In this document: positions 40,778 to 50,202 of the stretch, piece after piece
How the letters are laid out: each line of letters starts with the position of its first letter
Position numbering within the stretch: the stretch's first letter is position 1
From: an uncultured Acidobacteriota bacterium
GTDB taxonomy: Bacteria; Acidobacteriota; JAQAZP01
Reading direction: 5' to 3'
Length of the DNA stretch: 64,000 nt
Assembly (NCBI GenBank): GCA_963836075.1
Contig: CAWIIB010000009.1
Location: forward strand, 2,336,001-2,400,000
Translations under genes and position numbers: made by a program
Notes under the pieces: generated by a model
Seen by the model: the letters and a program-made list of their open reading frames with translations, nothing else
Told to the model about the DNA's origin: nothing
Databases searched by the model: none

Positions 40778-41350
40778 TCAGCAGCACCGTTCACCGGTCC
40801 GGCCGCAGCCGGGGCAGTGCTTCGCTCCGGGAGGCAGGGCCGCGCCGCACCCCGGGCAGCCCTCGATTTCCACGACCAGGGCCAGACCGCAGGAGGGGCA
40901 CTCGGCCGCACTTTCCGGCGCGGGTTCGCCGCAGGCCGGACAGGTTTCGGGATTGACCTGGGCCGGTGCTGACCCCTCCAGCTCGGGCACGTCGGCACAG
41001 AGCTGCTGGGCGTCGACACTGGCCGCCGCCTCGGCGTCCGGACGGCGCACCAGGACATTGAAGCGGCCGGTTCCGTGGCAGCACTTGGCCCCCGGGGTCT
41101 CCTGGGCCTCGATCAGGTGGTCGATGCCGGCCCGTTCCAGCCGGGCACCCAGCCGCTTGGCCCACTCCAGGTCGGCCACCCGGATACAGACCAGGTCGCG
41201 GGTGTCCCGGGGTGGAGCCGCGGCGGGGGGCGGGGGGATGTGAGCCGGCTGTCCGGGCAGCACCAGGGTTTCTCCGCAGTCGGCACAGCGCTCGATCTGC
41301 GGCACGTATTCCGCTCCGCAGGCGGGGCAGACCTTGACCATTTCTTCCAT
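40778..41350 (-). CDS. Multi-zinc-ribbon protein with a DUF2007-like middle domain
   Basis: CPACG, CADCG, CPACG, CPSCG, CPGCG twice. Confidence 0.7.
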   Translation of the reverse strand: MEEMVKVCPACGAEYVPQIERCADCGETLVLPGQPAHIPPPPAAAPPRDTRDLVCIRVADLEWAKRLGARLERAGIDHLIEAQETPGAKCCHGTGRFNVLVRRPDAEAAASVDAQQLCADVPELEGSAPAQVNPETCPACGEPAPESAAECPSCGLALVVEIEGCPGCGAALPPGAKHCPGCGRTGERCC

Positions 41351-41396
41351 TGCGGTCTCCGGTTCGGGAATGGGCGGCCCCGCAGGGGGCCCGGTC

Positions 41397-42206
41397 TCAG
41401 GACGTCGGCTCGGGCAGGCGCCGGACCATCTGACGGAGGTCCTTCACCGCCGCCGGTGCACCGGCGAGGATGAAACCTCCCAGTTCTTCGCCGTGAACCA
41501 TGCCGGCGTAGTCCACGGGACCGCCGCGCAGCAGTTCGAAGTCGAGACCCACGGCGATGTTCACCGCGTGTGAGCCGGCGATATCCCAGATGTGCACCCT
41601 GCGGTTTTCCATCGCCGCGGTGATCCCGGGGTAGATCAGCGGACAGCAGAGGTGCAGGGCGGCGCTGCCCAGGTTGCGGCACTTCCCCGGGTAGCGGCTC
41701 ATGTCCATGTGCTGATGGATCCTCGAGTAGACCATGATGTTGGTTTTTGACGATATGGGCTGGTGGGGATCGGGCGGCTCGATGCGTCGGCCGTTGCAAG
41801 TGCCTTCCAGTCCAACATCGGCGAAGAAGAAGAGGCCCAGCCGCGGGGCAAAGAGCAGCCCGCCCACCGGGGTCAGGGTCTCGTCCAGCAGGCCCACCGA
41901 GACGCACCAGCCGGGCATGCCCCGGCTGAAGGAATCGGTGCCGTCCACCGGGTCGATGGAAAAAGTGAAGTCGCGCGTGATCTTGTAGTCACGGACGGTC
42001 TCTTCGGAGATGATGTTGGTGTCCGGATAGAGCCGCCGGATCTCCCCGGTGAGGAACTCCTCCACCAGGTGGTCGGCGCGAGTGACCACCGAGCCGTCGG
42101 CCTTGAACTGCCGCTGGTCATATTCCAGGGTGTTCTGCTGGTCCACGGCGATGGTGCCGGCGCGGCGCATCGGGCCGATCAGTTGTTCCAGGTGCGGTAT
42201 GGGCAT
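41397..42206 (-). CDS. Inositol monophosphatase family protein
   Basis: KADGSVVTRAD, ISEE, IDPVDGT, GSAAL, WDIAG. Confidence 0.88.
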   Translation of the reverse strand: MPIPHLEQLIGPMRRAGTIAVDQQNTLEYDQRQFKADGSVVTRADHLVEEFLTGEIRRLYPDTNIISEETVRDYKITRDFTFSIDPVDGTDSFSRGMPGWCVSVGLLDETLTPVGGLLFAPRLGLFFFADVGLEGTCNGRRIEPPDPHQPISSKTNIMVYSRIHQHMDMSRYPGKCRNLGSAALHLCCPLIYPGITAAMENRRVHIWDIAGSHAVNIAVGLDFELLRGGPVDYAGMVHGEELGGFILAGAPAAVKDLRQMVRRLPEPTS

Positions 42207-42269
42207 CGTTCCTCCGGGTAGCACAGTATTCTTGTTTCCACCCGTGCGATTGTCAAGGGATCGCGTATT

Positions 42270-42356
42270 TGGATCAGGTCAAGCGGAGTTGCATCAGGGC
42301 GACGTTGGAGCGCTTCGCGACCGGAGCCAGAGTACAACTCCGCTTGACCTGATCCA
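42270..42356. repeat. Intergenic inverted repeat (22-bp perfect arms, 43-nt spacer)
   Basis: TGGATCAGGTCAAGCGGAGTTG ... CAACTCCGCTTGACCTGATCCA. Confidence 0.8.
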
Positions 42357-42379
42357 GTATTCGCCCCACATTGAAGGAC

Positions 42380-42583
42380 TCAGTAATGCGGCGGCGGCGG
42401 TTCGTCTCCGGCGTCCCCGGACACCGGGGACGCCCCTTCCCGCAGGTGGCTGACGATGGTTTCCAGCTTCGCCTCCAGGATGTCGATCTGACCCTGCTGG
42501 CGGGTGACCACCTCGTTCAACTCCTCGATGGTCCGTTCCTGGTAGGTCAGCCGTGTTTCCAGGTCCACGAATCGTTCTTCCAT
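42380..42583 (-). CDS. slyX: SlyX family protein
   Basis: ERFVDLETRLTYQERTIEELNEVV...PPPHY. Confidence 0.92.
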   Translation of the reverse strand: MEERFVDLETRLTYQERTIEELNEVVTRQQGQIDILEAKLETIVSHLREGASPVSGDAGDEPPPPHY

Positions 42584-42588
42584 GGTGC

Positions 42589-43302
42589 TCACCTCCTGGC
42601 CACGAGGACCATGCCTCCGCCCTCGAGCGGGTCGAACCGCTTGCCGCTGAAATCAGCGAACAGTTCCGTCCGGCGGAACCCTGCTTCGCGGTGCAGCTCC
42701 ACCAACGGCTCCGAACGCACCGGGTGGAGGGTCGTTTCCTCGGTGAAGCGCACCTCACCTTCCAGTACCAGCTCGACCCTGAAGGTCACCTGCTCCTCGC
42801 TGATCTCCGGATAGCTGCGGCGGAACTCGTTGCCCTGGCCGGCGAACGGCTTCACCGGGAACTCCTGTTTTCCCTGGTGCAGGATGCGGTCCCAGTTCAC
42901 CACCTGCATGACCCAGGTCCCGCCAGGTTCCACCATCCGGCAGAGCTGTCCCAGCAGCGCCGCGAACCGGTGGGTGGGCAGATGGGACGCCACGTTGCCG
43001 ATACAGAAGATCCCGTGGAAGCCGCCGCCCAGACTGCCGGCCCGCTCCATGTTCCGGCAGTGGAATTCCAGCTCCGGATTGCGGGTCCGGGCCTCGGCGA
43101 TCATTGCCTGGTCCAGGTCGAGACCCGTGGCAACCACTCCATCAGCGGCAAATCGGCTGCAGTAGTGGCCCGGACCGCACCCGATGTCCAGAATCTTCAG
43201 TGATCTCCGTTCCGGCAGGCAGCCCTTGAGAAAATCGTAGACCTCCTCGCGAAAGGGAAAGATCTGCTCGTAGTATTCGGCGAACCCCGAGTAGAGCGAC
43301 AT
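42589..43302 (-). CDS. Class I SAM-dependent methyltransferase
   Basis: MSLYSGFAEYYEQIFP, ILDIGCGPG, CIGNVASHL; the upstream part of the 826-aa ORF is spurious. Confidence 0.88.
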   Translation of the reverse strand: MSLYSGFAEYYEQIFPFREEVYDFLKGCLPERRSLKILDIGCGPGHYCSRFAADGVVATGLDLDQAMIAEARTRNPELEFHCRNMERAGSLGGGFHGIFCIGNVASHLPTHRFAALLGQLCRMVEPGGTWVMQVVNWDRILHQGKQEFPVKPFAGQGNEFRRSYPEISEEQVTFRVELVLEGEVRFTEETTLHPVRSEPLVELHREAGFRRTELFADFSGKRFDPLEGGGMVLVARR

Positions 43303-43310
43303 CGGCAACC

Positions 43311-44459
43311 TCACTTGAGCCAGAGACCCACGCCCACCCCGATGAACGTGGCCACGGCGTAGCCCAGGGTGCCGCAGAGGATCGCCGGGATGACCAGCGC
43401 CTCCCAGCGACGGGCCACCGCCATGGCCGCGGCGGTGGTGGGGCCGCCCATGTTGGCATTGGACGCGATCACCAGCTCGGCCAGGTCGAGCTTGAACAGC
43501 CGGCCGGCGGCCAGCAGGAAGACCAGGTGGATCAGCAGGATCAGGGCGGCAAAGAGGAAAAGCCTGGGACCCACCTTGACCACCACGATGATGTTGGCGC
43601 TGGCCCCCAGGGCGGCGAAGAAGACCTGCATCAGCAGCGTCCCCATGGTGCCGGGGCCATTCACCGCCCCCAGACGGGAGGGGAAGGCCGTGGCCAGGGT
43701 GACCATGATGGCGGTGATGATCAGGATGCCCAGCGCCCGGTTCCCGGCCAGTTCGGCCAGCCCGAATCCCACCGCGCAGACCACCGCGGCCAGGGCCATG
43801 GCCTGGGCCATGCTCAGCGGGGTGATCCGGCCCCGGCGGGCCAGCGGCGCCTCGCTCACCGTGTCGATGTCCCGGGCCGCCTCCTCGTGCCGGTTGGGGA
43901 ACCAGCGGGTGAGGAACCCGATGGAGGGGATGGCGAAGAGCAGCATGAAGTAGAGGGTCATCACCAGGTTGTCCGCGGCGATGCCGGCGGTGAGCAGGTC
44001 TCCGGAGTGCAGCTCCAGCGCTTCGGCCGCGGCCACGTAGTTGATCGAACCGCCCACATAGGTGGAGCAGAAGATGCCGGCCAGTTTCCAGCCTTCGTCG
44101 CCCAGCGGGATCAGCTTGAAGGCGACCCAGGTGCCGATCACCGTGCCCAGCGCGCCGAAACCGAAGGCCAGCAGGGTGGGCCCCGACTCGCGCAGGATTT
44201 TCCTCAGGTCGGCCCGGAAGAGCAGCAGGGGGATGGCCAGCGGGACGATGTAACCCCAGACCGTGTCGTAGACCGGTGACGAGGCCGGGATCACCAGGCA
44301 GTTGGAGAGGACAAAAGTGGTGAGGATGGAAACCACCGCTCCTGATATTTTGGCCCCCCAGCGGGTCTTCTCCGCCCAGAGGCCGAAGGCCGCCGCGGTG
44401 AGCAGTACGGCCCAGAGGGCCCAGTGCTGGTCGGCGCCGATCAGGGTCTGTCCGTCCAC
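43311..44459 (-). CDS. DUF819 family membrane protein
   Basis: AIPLLLF, TYVGGSINY, IASNANMGGPTTAAAMA; about 11 TM helices. Confidence 0.88.
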   Translation of the reverse strand: MDGQTLIGADQHWALWAVLLTAAAFGLWAEKTRWGAKISGAVVSILTTFVLSNCLVIPASSPVYDTVWGYIVPLAIPLLLFRADLRKILRESGPTLLAFGFGALGTVIGTWVAFKLIPLGDEGWKLAGIFCSTYVGGSINYVAAAEALELHSGDLLTAGIAADNLVMTLYFMLLFAIPSIGFLTRWFPNRHEEAARDIDTVSEAPLARRGRITPLSMAQAMALAAVVCAVGFGLAELAGNRALGILIITAIMVTLATAFPSRLGAVNGPGTMGTLLMQVFFAALGASANIIVVVKVGPRLFLFAALILLIHLVFLLAAGRLFKLDLAELVIASNANMGGPTTAAAMAVARRWEALVIPAILCGTLGYAVATFIGVGVGLWLK

Positions 44460-44474
44460 CGGTCACTCCTCGCT

Positions 44475-45504
44475 TCAGGGGGTGATCACCACCCGCACGT
44501 CGCTGCCGAACGTCCCCAGGTCGTCCAGCACGCTGTTGATCGCCTCCGCTTCCAGGGGCACGCTGCGGGTCACCGCCCGGGAGAGGTCCAGACCGCCCCG
44601 GCGGGCCCATTCCAGCAGCTGGGGGATCTCCGAGGCCAGGTGGTCGGAGACCCCGATGATCTCGGCCTCCCGGCCCAGCAGGTCCTTGTAGGGCCGCACC
44701 TGGAACGGGTCGTTGCCCAGGCCGGCCACCGCCGCCCGCCCCTGGACCGCCAGGCAGCGGAAGGCCTGCTCCATGGTCTGCGGCGAGCCCACCAGCTCCA
44801 GGGCCACGTCCACGCCCCGGCCTCCAGTCAGCTTTTTGATCTCCTCCACCGGGTCGAGGGCCGAGGCGTCCACCGGGATGGCCCCGTAGGTCTGGGCCGC
44901 GGTCAGCTTGCTCTGCCGGATGTCCACCGCGTAGACCTCCATGGCGCCGAGGCAGCGGGCCAGCTGGATCGCCGAGGTGCCCAGACCGCCGGCGCCGAAC
45001 ACGGCCACCGTTTCTCCCGCCACCAGCCGCGCCTTTTTGAGGGCGTGGAGCGAGGTGGCCGAGGAGCACATCATGATCGCCCCGTGTTCAAAGGGGATGT
45101 CGTCGGGCAGGATAAAGGCGCTCCGTTCGGGCATCACGATGTATTCGGCATACCCGCCGTCACGGTTGTTGCCGATCATCCGGCCGGTGATCGCAGAACT
45201 GCTCGCTCCCCCGGTCGCAGTGGCAACAGCAGCCGCAGGTGGCCATGTAGTGCAGGCAGACCCGGTCACCCTCCTTGAACCCCCGCACGGCTTCGCCGAC
45301 CCGCTCCACCTCACCGGCCACTTCGTGCCCCGGGGTGAGGGGAAGCGATTTCAGCGTCACCGTGCCGTCCCGGTAGTGGGCGTCGGAATGGCAGATGCCG
45401 GCGGCCCGCACTTTGACCAGCAGGTCATGGGGCCCCACCTCCGGCAGGTCCAGCTCCACCTCGACCAACGGCTTCCCCTGTTCCACCAGTCTCACCGCTT
45501 TCAT
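44475..45504 (-). CDS. Zinc-dependent alcohol dehydrogenase, frameshift near 45192
   Basis: GICHSD, GHEVAG, CGCCCHC...FC in one frame; DGGYAEY, GAGGLG in the other. Confidence 0.85.
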
Positions 45505-45546
45505 CGGGTCCTCCCTCGCTGCTCAGCCGGTTGTGCGGAGCACTGA

Positions 45547-46419
45547 TTATACCCGCCTTTTGGCCCAGCGGGCGATCATTCCGGTCAGATTTCCGGCCGC
45601 TTCCCGCCCCTGGGCAAAATAGAGGGCCGGCTCGATCAGCTCCAGTTCCATCAGCAGGAAGCCGGCCTCGGTCTCCACCCCGTCCACCCTGGCGTAGTGC
45701 CAGGGATGGGGGACCGCGGCCACCGCCGCTTCCGCTGCGGCCACCAGCCGGTGGGACGGTTCGCCCCGGGCCACCGTTCCGCCGAAGTCGGGCTGGACCC
45801 GGAAGTCCCCCGGTTTCGGCGATTTGAGCGCTGCGTGGCTATACACCCCGTCGAGGAAGATCAGCGACCACTCGCCCTGACCGGTGATCTCCGGCAGGAA
45901 CCGCTGGACCAACATCTCCTCGATGACCAGGGCCCGCGCCAGTTGCGGTCCGCGGCAGGCCGCTTCTTTCCGCCGCACCCGCCAGGTCTGGTGGGCCGAG
46001 GCGGAGACCGCCGGTTTGACCACCGCATCGTCCCAGCCGGTGCGGCGGAAAATCTCCACCAGCGATTCGCCATCCTCCCGGGAGGGCCAGCAGGTGGGCA
46101 CCACCGCTACGCCGGCGGCTTCCAGGTCGCGGAGGTAGCCCTTGTGGGCGTTCCAGCGGACCACCGGCAGCGGGTTCCAGAGGGTCACCCCGGCACGGTC
46201 CAGCTTTTCGAGCCAGCCGAGGAACTCATCACAGCGCAGGTGGTAGTCCCAGCAGCTGCGGATCAGCACCAGGTCAAAGGACTCCCAGCGAAGATTCTCC
46301 GCGTCCCAGAGGGCTGTCACCACCTCGAAACTGCACTTCAGCAGTTCGTCGCGCAGAATACGGTCGTCGGGGGTCAACCGCGGCAGGTCACGGCAGGTGG
46401 CCAGTGCAATTCGTGTCAC
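45547..46419 (-). CDS. ATP-grasp (RimK/glutathione synthetase-like) protein
   Basis: RSCWDY, WNAHKGYL, VVKPAVSA, DFRVQ, YARVD, MELELIEP. Confidence 0.85.
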   Translation of the reverse strand: MTRIALATCRDLPRLTPDDRILRDELLKCSFEVVTALWDAENLRWESFDLVLIRSCWDYHLRCDEFLGWLEKLDRAGVTLWNPLPVVRWNAHKGYLRDLEAAGVAVVPTCWPSREDGESLVEIFRRTGWDDAVVKPAVSASAHQTWRVRRKEAACRGPQLARALVIEEMLVQRFLPEITGQGEWSLIFLDGVYSHAALKSPKPGDFRVQPDFGGTVARGEPSHRLVAAAEAAVAAVPHPWHYARVDGVETEAGFLLMELELIEPALYFAQGREAAGNLTGMIARWAKRRV

Positions 46420-46955
46420 GCGGGTTCCTCTTGGCCGGTGGGACAGTCAGGGGAGGGCTGCTCCCCACTCTCGAACAGCTCGGTCAGGTAGCGGAAGATG
46501 AGCCTGGATGCCCGTGGCGGTTTGCCGGCGTCAGCTTCCTTGCCGGCACTGCGCACCAGGGCGCGGAGGTGCTGAACGTCCACTTCGGGAAACTCGGTGA
46601 TCAGCTCCTCCAGGCAGCTGTTGTCTCCCTCCAGCAACCGGTCGCGGCACTGCTCGGCCCGGTGAAAAAGCCGCTTCTCCCGTTCCCGGAGGTGGTCCAG
46701 GTCGGCGAGGGCCAGTTCGATGGGCCCGGTCTCCAGGGAGCGCATCAGGACGCCGATAAACTGCCGCTGGCGTTTCAGTGCCCCGCGCTTGGTCAGGCGC
46801 CTGGCCAGGCGGATCGCTTCCAGCAGCTCCTCGGGCAGGTCGAGCTTCTCCAGCCGCGAGTCGGGAAGTGCGATCAGCCGTTCGCCCAGCGCTTGCTTGG
46901 CCTCCACCTCCCGTTTGGCCTGGGTCCGGCTCTTTGTTTCACGTTCTTCGCACAT
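46416..46955 (-). CDS. yjgA: Ribosome-associated protein DUF615 (YjgA/DarP)
   Basis: KSRTQAKRE, LGERL, RQRQFIGVLMR, RDRLL, QHLRALVR. Confidence 0.88.
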   Translation of the reverse strand: MCEERETKSRTQAKREVEAKQALGERLIALPDSRLEKLDLPEELLEAIRLARRLTKRGALKRQRQFIGVLMRSLETGPIELALADLDHLREREKRLFHRAEQCRDRLLEGDNSCLEELITEFPEVDVQHLRALVRSAGKEADAGKPPRASRLIFRYLTELFESGEQPSPDCPTGQEEPA

Positions 46956-47524
46956 TACTGGATACCCAGCCACTGGTCGATGGCCTCTCCCAGCTCGGCC
47001 AGTGCCTCCTCCTTCTCGGCCAGCTCGTTCTCCAGTTCGATGATCCGCTGGTCCAGATGCCAGACCCGGTCGCCGGACCGCTGCAGCGGGACGCTGATCT
47101 GCTCCGGCATGTTGCGCAGACGCTGGACCACTTTCTCGTCGCCCTCGCTGATGGCCCGGGACAGCTGGTTGTTGACCCGGTCCAGTTCGGCCTCCAGCAG
47201 CTGCTGGTCCTCCAGGGCCAGGCGCCGTTCGTCCTCCGCCTTGCGCAGGTCCGACTTGATCGGCCCCAGCTCCTCCCGGGCCATGGCCAGCCGGCGCAGG
47301 GCCAGCTCCATGGCCTGCTGGTCCAGGGCCGCCTGCTGCTGTTCGAGCACCTGCTCCATCAGCACGCTCAGCTCCTGGATCGCGGCTCGCAGCGCCGCCA
47401 TCTCCCCGGCCAGATCCTCGGCTGATCCCTGCGGCTCGGCACGCGCCCCGGCGCAGCAGAGCAGAATGAGCAGCCCGCAGGCCAGAATGTTCTTCAGTGG
47501 GTTGATCATCGTTCGCATCTCCAC
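46955..47524 (-). CDS. Secreted coiled-coil hypothetical protein
   Basis: Signal peptide followed by E/L/Q-rich heptad repeats. Confidence 0.65.
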   Translation of the reverse strand: MEMRTMINPLKNILACGLLILLCCAGARAEPQGSAEDLAGEMAALRAAIQELSVLMEQVLEQQQAALDQQAMELALRRLAMAREELGPIKSDLRKAEDERRLALEDQQLLEAELDRVNNQLSRAISEGDEKVVQRLRNMPEQISVPLQRSGDRVWHLDQRIIELENELAEKEEALAELGEAIDQWLGIQ

Positions 47525-47541
47525 ACGGGTTCGGTCGTCGC

Positions 47542-48582
47542 TCAGCTTCCGGCGGATTTTCCCGAGCCGAGCATGATCGATATCCAGCGGGTGTCGTCGA
47601 AACTCCCCAGGGCGATCTTGACGATCATGGTCAGCGGCACCGAGAGGAGCATCCCCACCGGGCCCAGCACCCAGCCCCAGAAGATCAGGGAGAGGAAAAC
47701 CACCAGGGTGGAAAGCCCCAGTCCCTGGCCCATGAACTTCGGTTCGATGATGCTGCCCACCAGGATGTTGACCACCAGGTAGCCCGCGGCCACCAGCATG
47801 GTCCGGGGGAGGCCGAACTGGACCAGGGCCAGCAGCACCGCCGGGATGGCGGCGATGATCGAGCCGATGTTGGGCACGAAGTTGAGGAAGAAGGCCAGCA
47901 GGCCCCAGAGCACCGGGTAGTCGACACCGAGGATGGCCAGCCAGATGGTGATCACCAGGCCGGTGGCCAGGCTGACCGCCGTCTTGATCGCCAGGTAGCG
48001 GTTGACGCTTTCGGTGAACTCGCTGAAATGGGCCAGGGTCTTTTGCGGGTCGGCCATGGCCGCCTGGAACTTGGCCCGGAAACCGGCGGCCTCCAGCAGG
48101 ATGAAGACCACGGTGAGCAGGATCATGAACATGTTGGTGGCCATGCCGCCGAGACCGGTGAGCATGTTGGCCGACATCTGCAGCGCCACCCCGGGATTGA
48201 AATGCTCCTCCAGCAGTTGGCGGTTCAGCTGGATGTCCATCCCCTCCAGCCAGGCCACCACCGAGGCCTGGATGCCCTGCAGGCTTTCCAGGTAGGCGGG
48301 GAGCGAGCGGGTGAAGTTGTTGATCGAGGAGCCGACAAAGTAGCCGGTTAGGGTGGTCAGGCCGAGGATGCCCAGCACCACGATCAGCACCGCCAGGACG
48401 TTGGGCACCTTCTTCCGCTGCAGCCAGTAGAGCAGCGGGGCGCAGATGATGGCGATGAAGACAGCGAGAATGAAGGGGATCAGGATCGGGGTGGCGGCCT
48501 TCATCCCGGCCACCACGATGACAAAGCTTGCCGCGGAGATCAGAAAGCGGGAGCCCACGGATGTTTGAGGTCGCTCAGCCAT
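47542..48582 (-). CDS. AI-2E family transporter (TqsA/YdgG-like)
   Basis: LNFVPNIGSIIA, EPKFMGQGLGLS, FWGWVLGPVGMLLSVPLT. Confidence 0.92.
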   Translation of the reverse strand: MAERPQTSVGSRFLISAASFVIVVAGMKAATPILIPFILAVFIAIICAPLLYWLQRKKVPNVLAVLIVVLGILGLTTLTGYFVGSSINNFTRSLPAYLESLQGIQASVVAWLEGMDIQLNRQLLEEHFNPGVALQMSANMLTGLGGMATNMFMILLTVVFILLEAAGFRAKFQAAMADPQKTLAHFSEFTESVNRYLAIKTAVSLATGLVITIWLAILGVDYPVLWGLLAFFLNFVPNIGSIIAAIPAVLLALVQFGLPRTMLVAAGYLVVNILVGSIIEPKFMGQGLGLSTLVVFLSLIFWGWVLGPVGMLLSVPLTMIVKIALGSFDDTRWISIMLGSGKSAGS

Positions 48583-48690
48583 GGGGCCATTCTAGCGGAG
48601 GGGCCGCGGCAAATCCAGCCGCACGGTCGTCCTCTCCGGGGGAGCGCCGGCCGGATGGCGCAGCGGCGAAGTGCAGGCGACAGGCAGCGA

Positions 48691-49760
48691 TCAGGCCCCC
48701 GTTTCGGCGTGAGAAACGTTTTTCAGGCAGCGCAGCCGCTCCGCCGGGGCTCCTGACCCGGAAGCCCGCGTCACCTGGCCCGGAAAGCTGGTCAGCGGGC
48801 AGCGCCGCGCCCCTTCGTCTTCGGAGAACAGCCCCCGGATCCAGGTCAGCGAGAGATCCTGGTCCAGTGCCAGGGTGCCGTCCTCCTTCAGCCGGCCCAC
48901 CTGGTTCTCCGGCCGCTCCAGGGCCAGCGAACACTTGTTCAGCCGGCCGTCGGCCCGGACCACGAAACAGTTGGCCCAGGCCGCGTAGCAGACCGGCCCG
49001 CAGTCCTGCTCGGTGTGCAGAGTGATGCCCCTGGAGGCGGCCAGCTCCCGCAGGGCCACGATCCGCTGGTCCTCCAGCCCGCCCTCCAGCACGGCCACGC
49101 TCTCGTCGTTGGCCCCGCCGAAGCGGGAGAGGGCGCGGATGAAGAGGCGGAAACGCGGGTCAGTTTCGAAGGCCTCACTGTAGAGGTCGATGAACCCGGG
49201 CATCGCCTGGTGGTTCTCCTCGTCCACGTGCACCCGGATGTCGACGATGAACGGATCGGGAACCGCCCGCAGCGACGAGACGTTCTTCCACAGCCGGTCA
49301 AAGGTGCCCCGGCCATCGGCGAGGACCCTTTTTTATCGTGCCACTCTTGCGGCCCGTCGAACGAGATCTGGTACTCGGTCACCCCCCGGGCCAGCAGGCC
49401 TTCGAAGACCTCCCGGGTGAGCAGGTAGCCGTTGGTGGTCATGCTGGAGCTGCACTCTATCTTCGGGTGGGATTCGATCAGCACGCCGACGTGATCCATC
49501 ACCTGCTCCACCACGCCCCGGGCCAGCAGCGGCTCCCCCCCGAACCAGCCGAGGGAGAGGTAGTCGAGCCCCTCCGCCCGGCGACTGAGAAAGCGCTTCA
49601 GCCCCTCCACCACCGGCTCCTCCATCCGGCCGTGCCTGAATTCCTCGTAGCAGTAAGTGCAGCGGAAGTTGCAGGCCTCCGTGGGCAGAACGATCAGGCA
49701 CAGCCGGTTGCCGGCCAGGTAAGGGACCATTTCGGGTGAAGGAGGACGCATGTTGACCAC
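48691..49760 (-). CDS. Radical SAM enzyme with SPASM/twitch-like C-terminus (putative peptide maturase); frameshift in the A6 run at 49329-49334
   Basis: PTEACNFRCTYCYE, WFGGEPLL, TTNGYLL, QISFDG; adding one A gives HDKKRVLADGRGTFDRL, joining to CYAAWANC...DGRLNKC...C. Confidence 0.85.
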
Positions 49761-49939
49761 TGAATATTGACGCCAAATGCCTATTCGCAGCTTCCATTGG
49801 GATTCAGTTTGCAGGGGCAGACCTTATCAATCGGGGGGCTGTTGGTTACTATTCCTGGCTTTTCTCGAATTATGATCCCTATGGTACGGTTTGTCTCCTC
49901 CCCTTCAATTTTGGCGAAATGAATTTCCTGGAAGGGGTT

Positions 49940-50122
49940 TTATGGTGTGCCAGTGGTACAGTCCATTTTATCCGGAGGCCATTCCCAGTCATACTTTTCG
50001 TCGGGCGGACCTTCAACCAGATAGTATATGTTCTCGTCAAACCAAGTGACATCTGCTTGGTCCTCAAGCCAGATCCTTAAATTTCCACTCGCATCCCAAT
50101 CGACTGAAACCTTTCCATTCAT
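49940..50122 (-). CDS. Small Trp/acidic-rich ORF (60 aa), candidate RiPP precursor
   Basis: GGAGGG RBS; MNGKVSVDWDASGNLRIWLEDQADVTWFDENIYYLVEGPPDEKYDWEWPPDKMDCTTGTP; lower GC than flanks; alternative start 50185. Confidence 0.5.
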   Translation of the reverse strand: MNGKVSVDWDASGNLRIWLEDQADVTWFDENIYYLVEGPPDEKYDWEWPPDKMDCTTGTP

Positions 50123-50202
50123 TCGTCCACCCTCCCTCGCCGCCACGGCCTTGACCTTGGCCGTTCGGCCCCGGTTATTCACCATCACACCTCCCGATCG
50201 CA

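Noticed and set aside
43303-45069. Apparent 826-aa methyltransferase fusion
   Set aside because: The upstream 589 codons are an alternative frame over DUF819 and the dehydrogenase; the real start is ATG 43302
49325-49340. Programmed frameshift at AAAAAAG in the radical SAM gene
   Set aside because: It resembles a slippery site and the join needs a -1 shift, but homopolymer indels are common in this assembly, so error is the simpler explanation; reads are needed to exclude it
49879-50067. 62-aa alternative-frame ORF as the precursor peptide
   Set aside because: TTG start without a clear RBS; overlaps the better supported ATG ORF at 49940-50122
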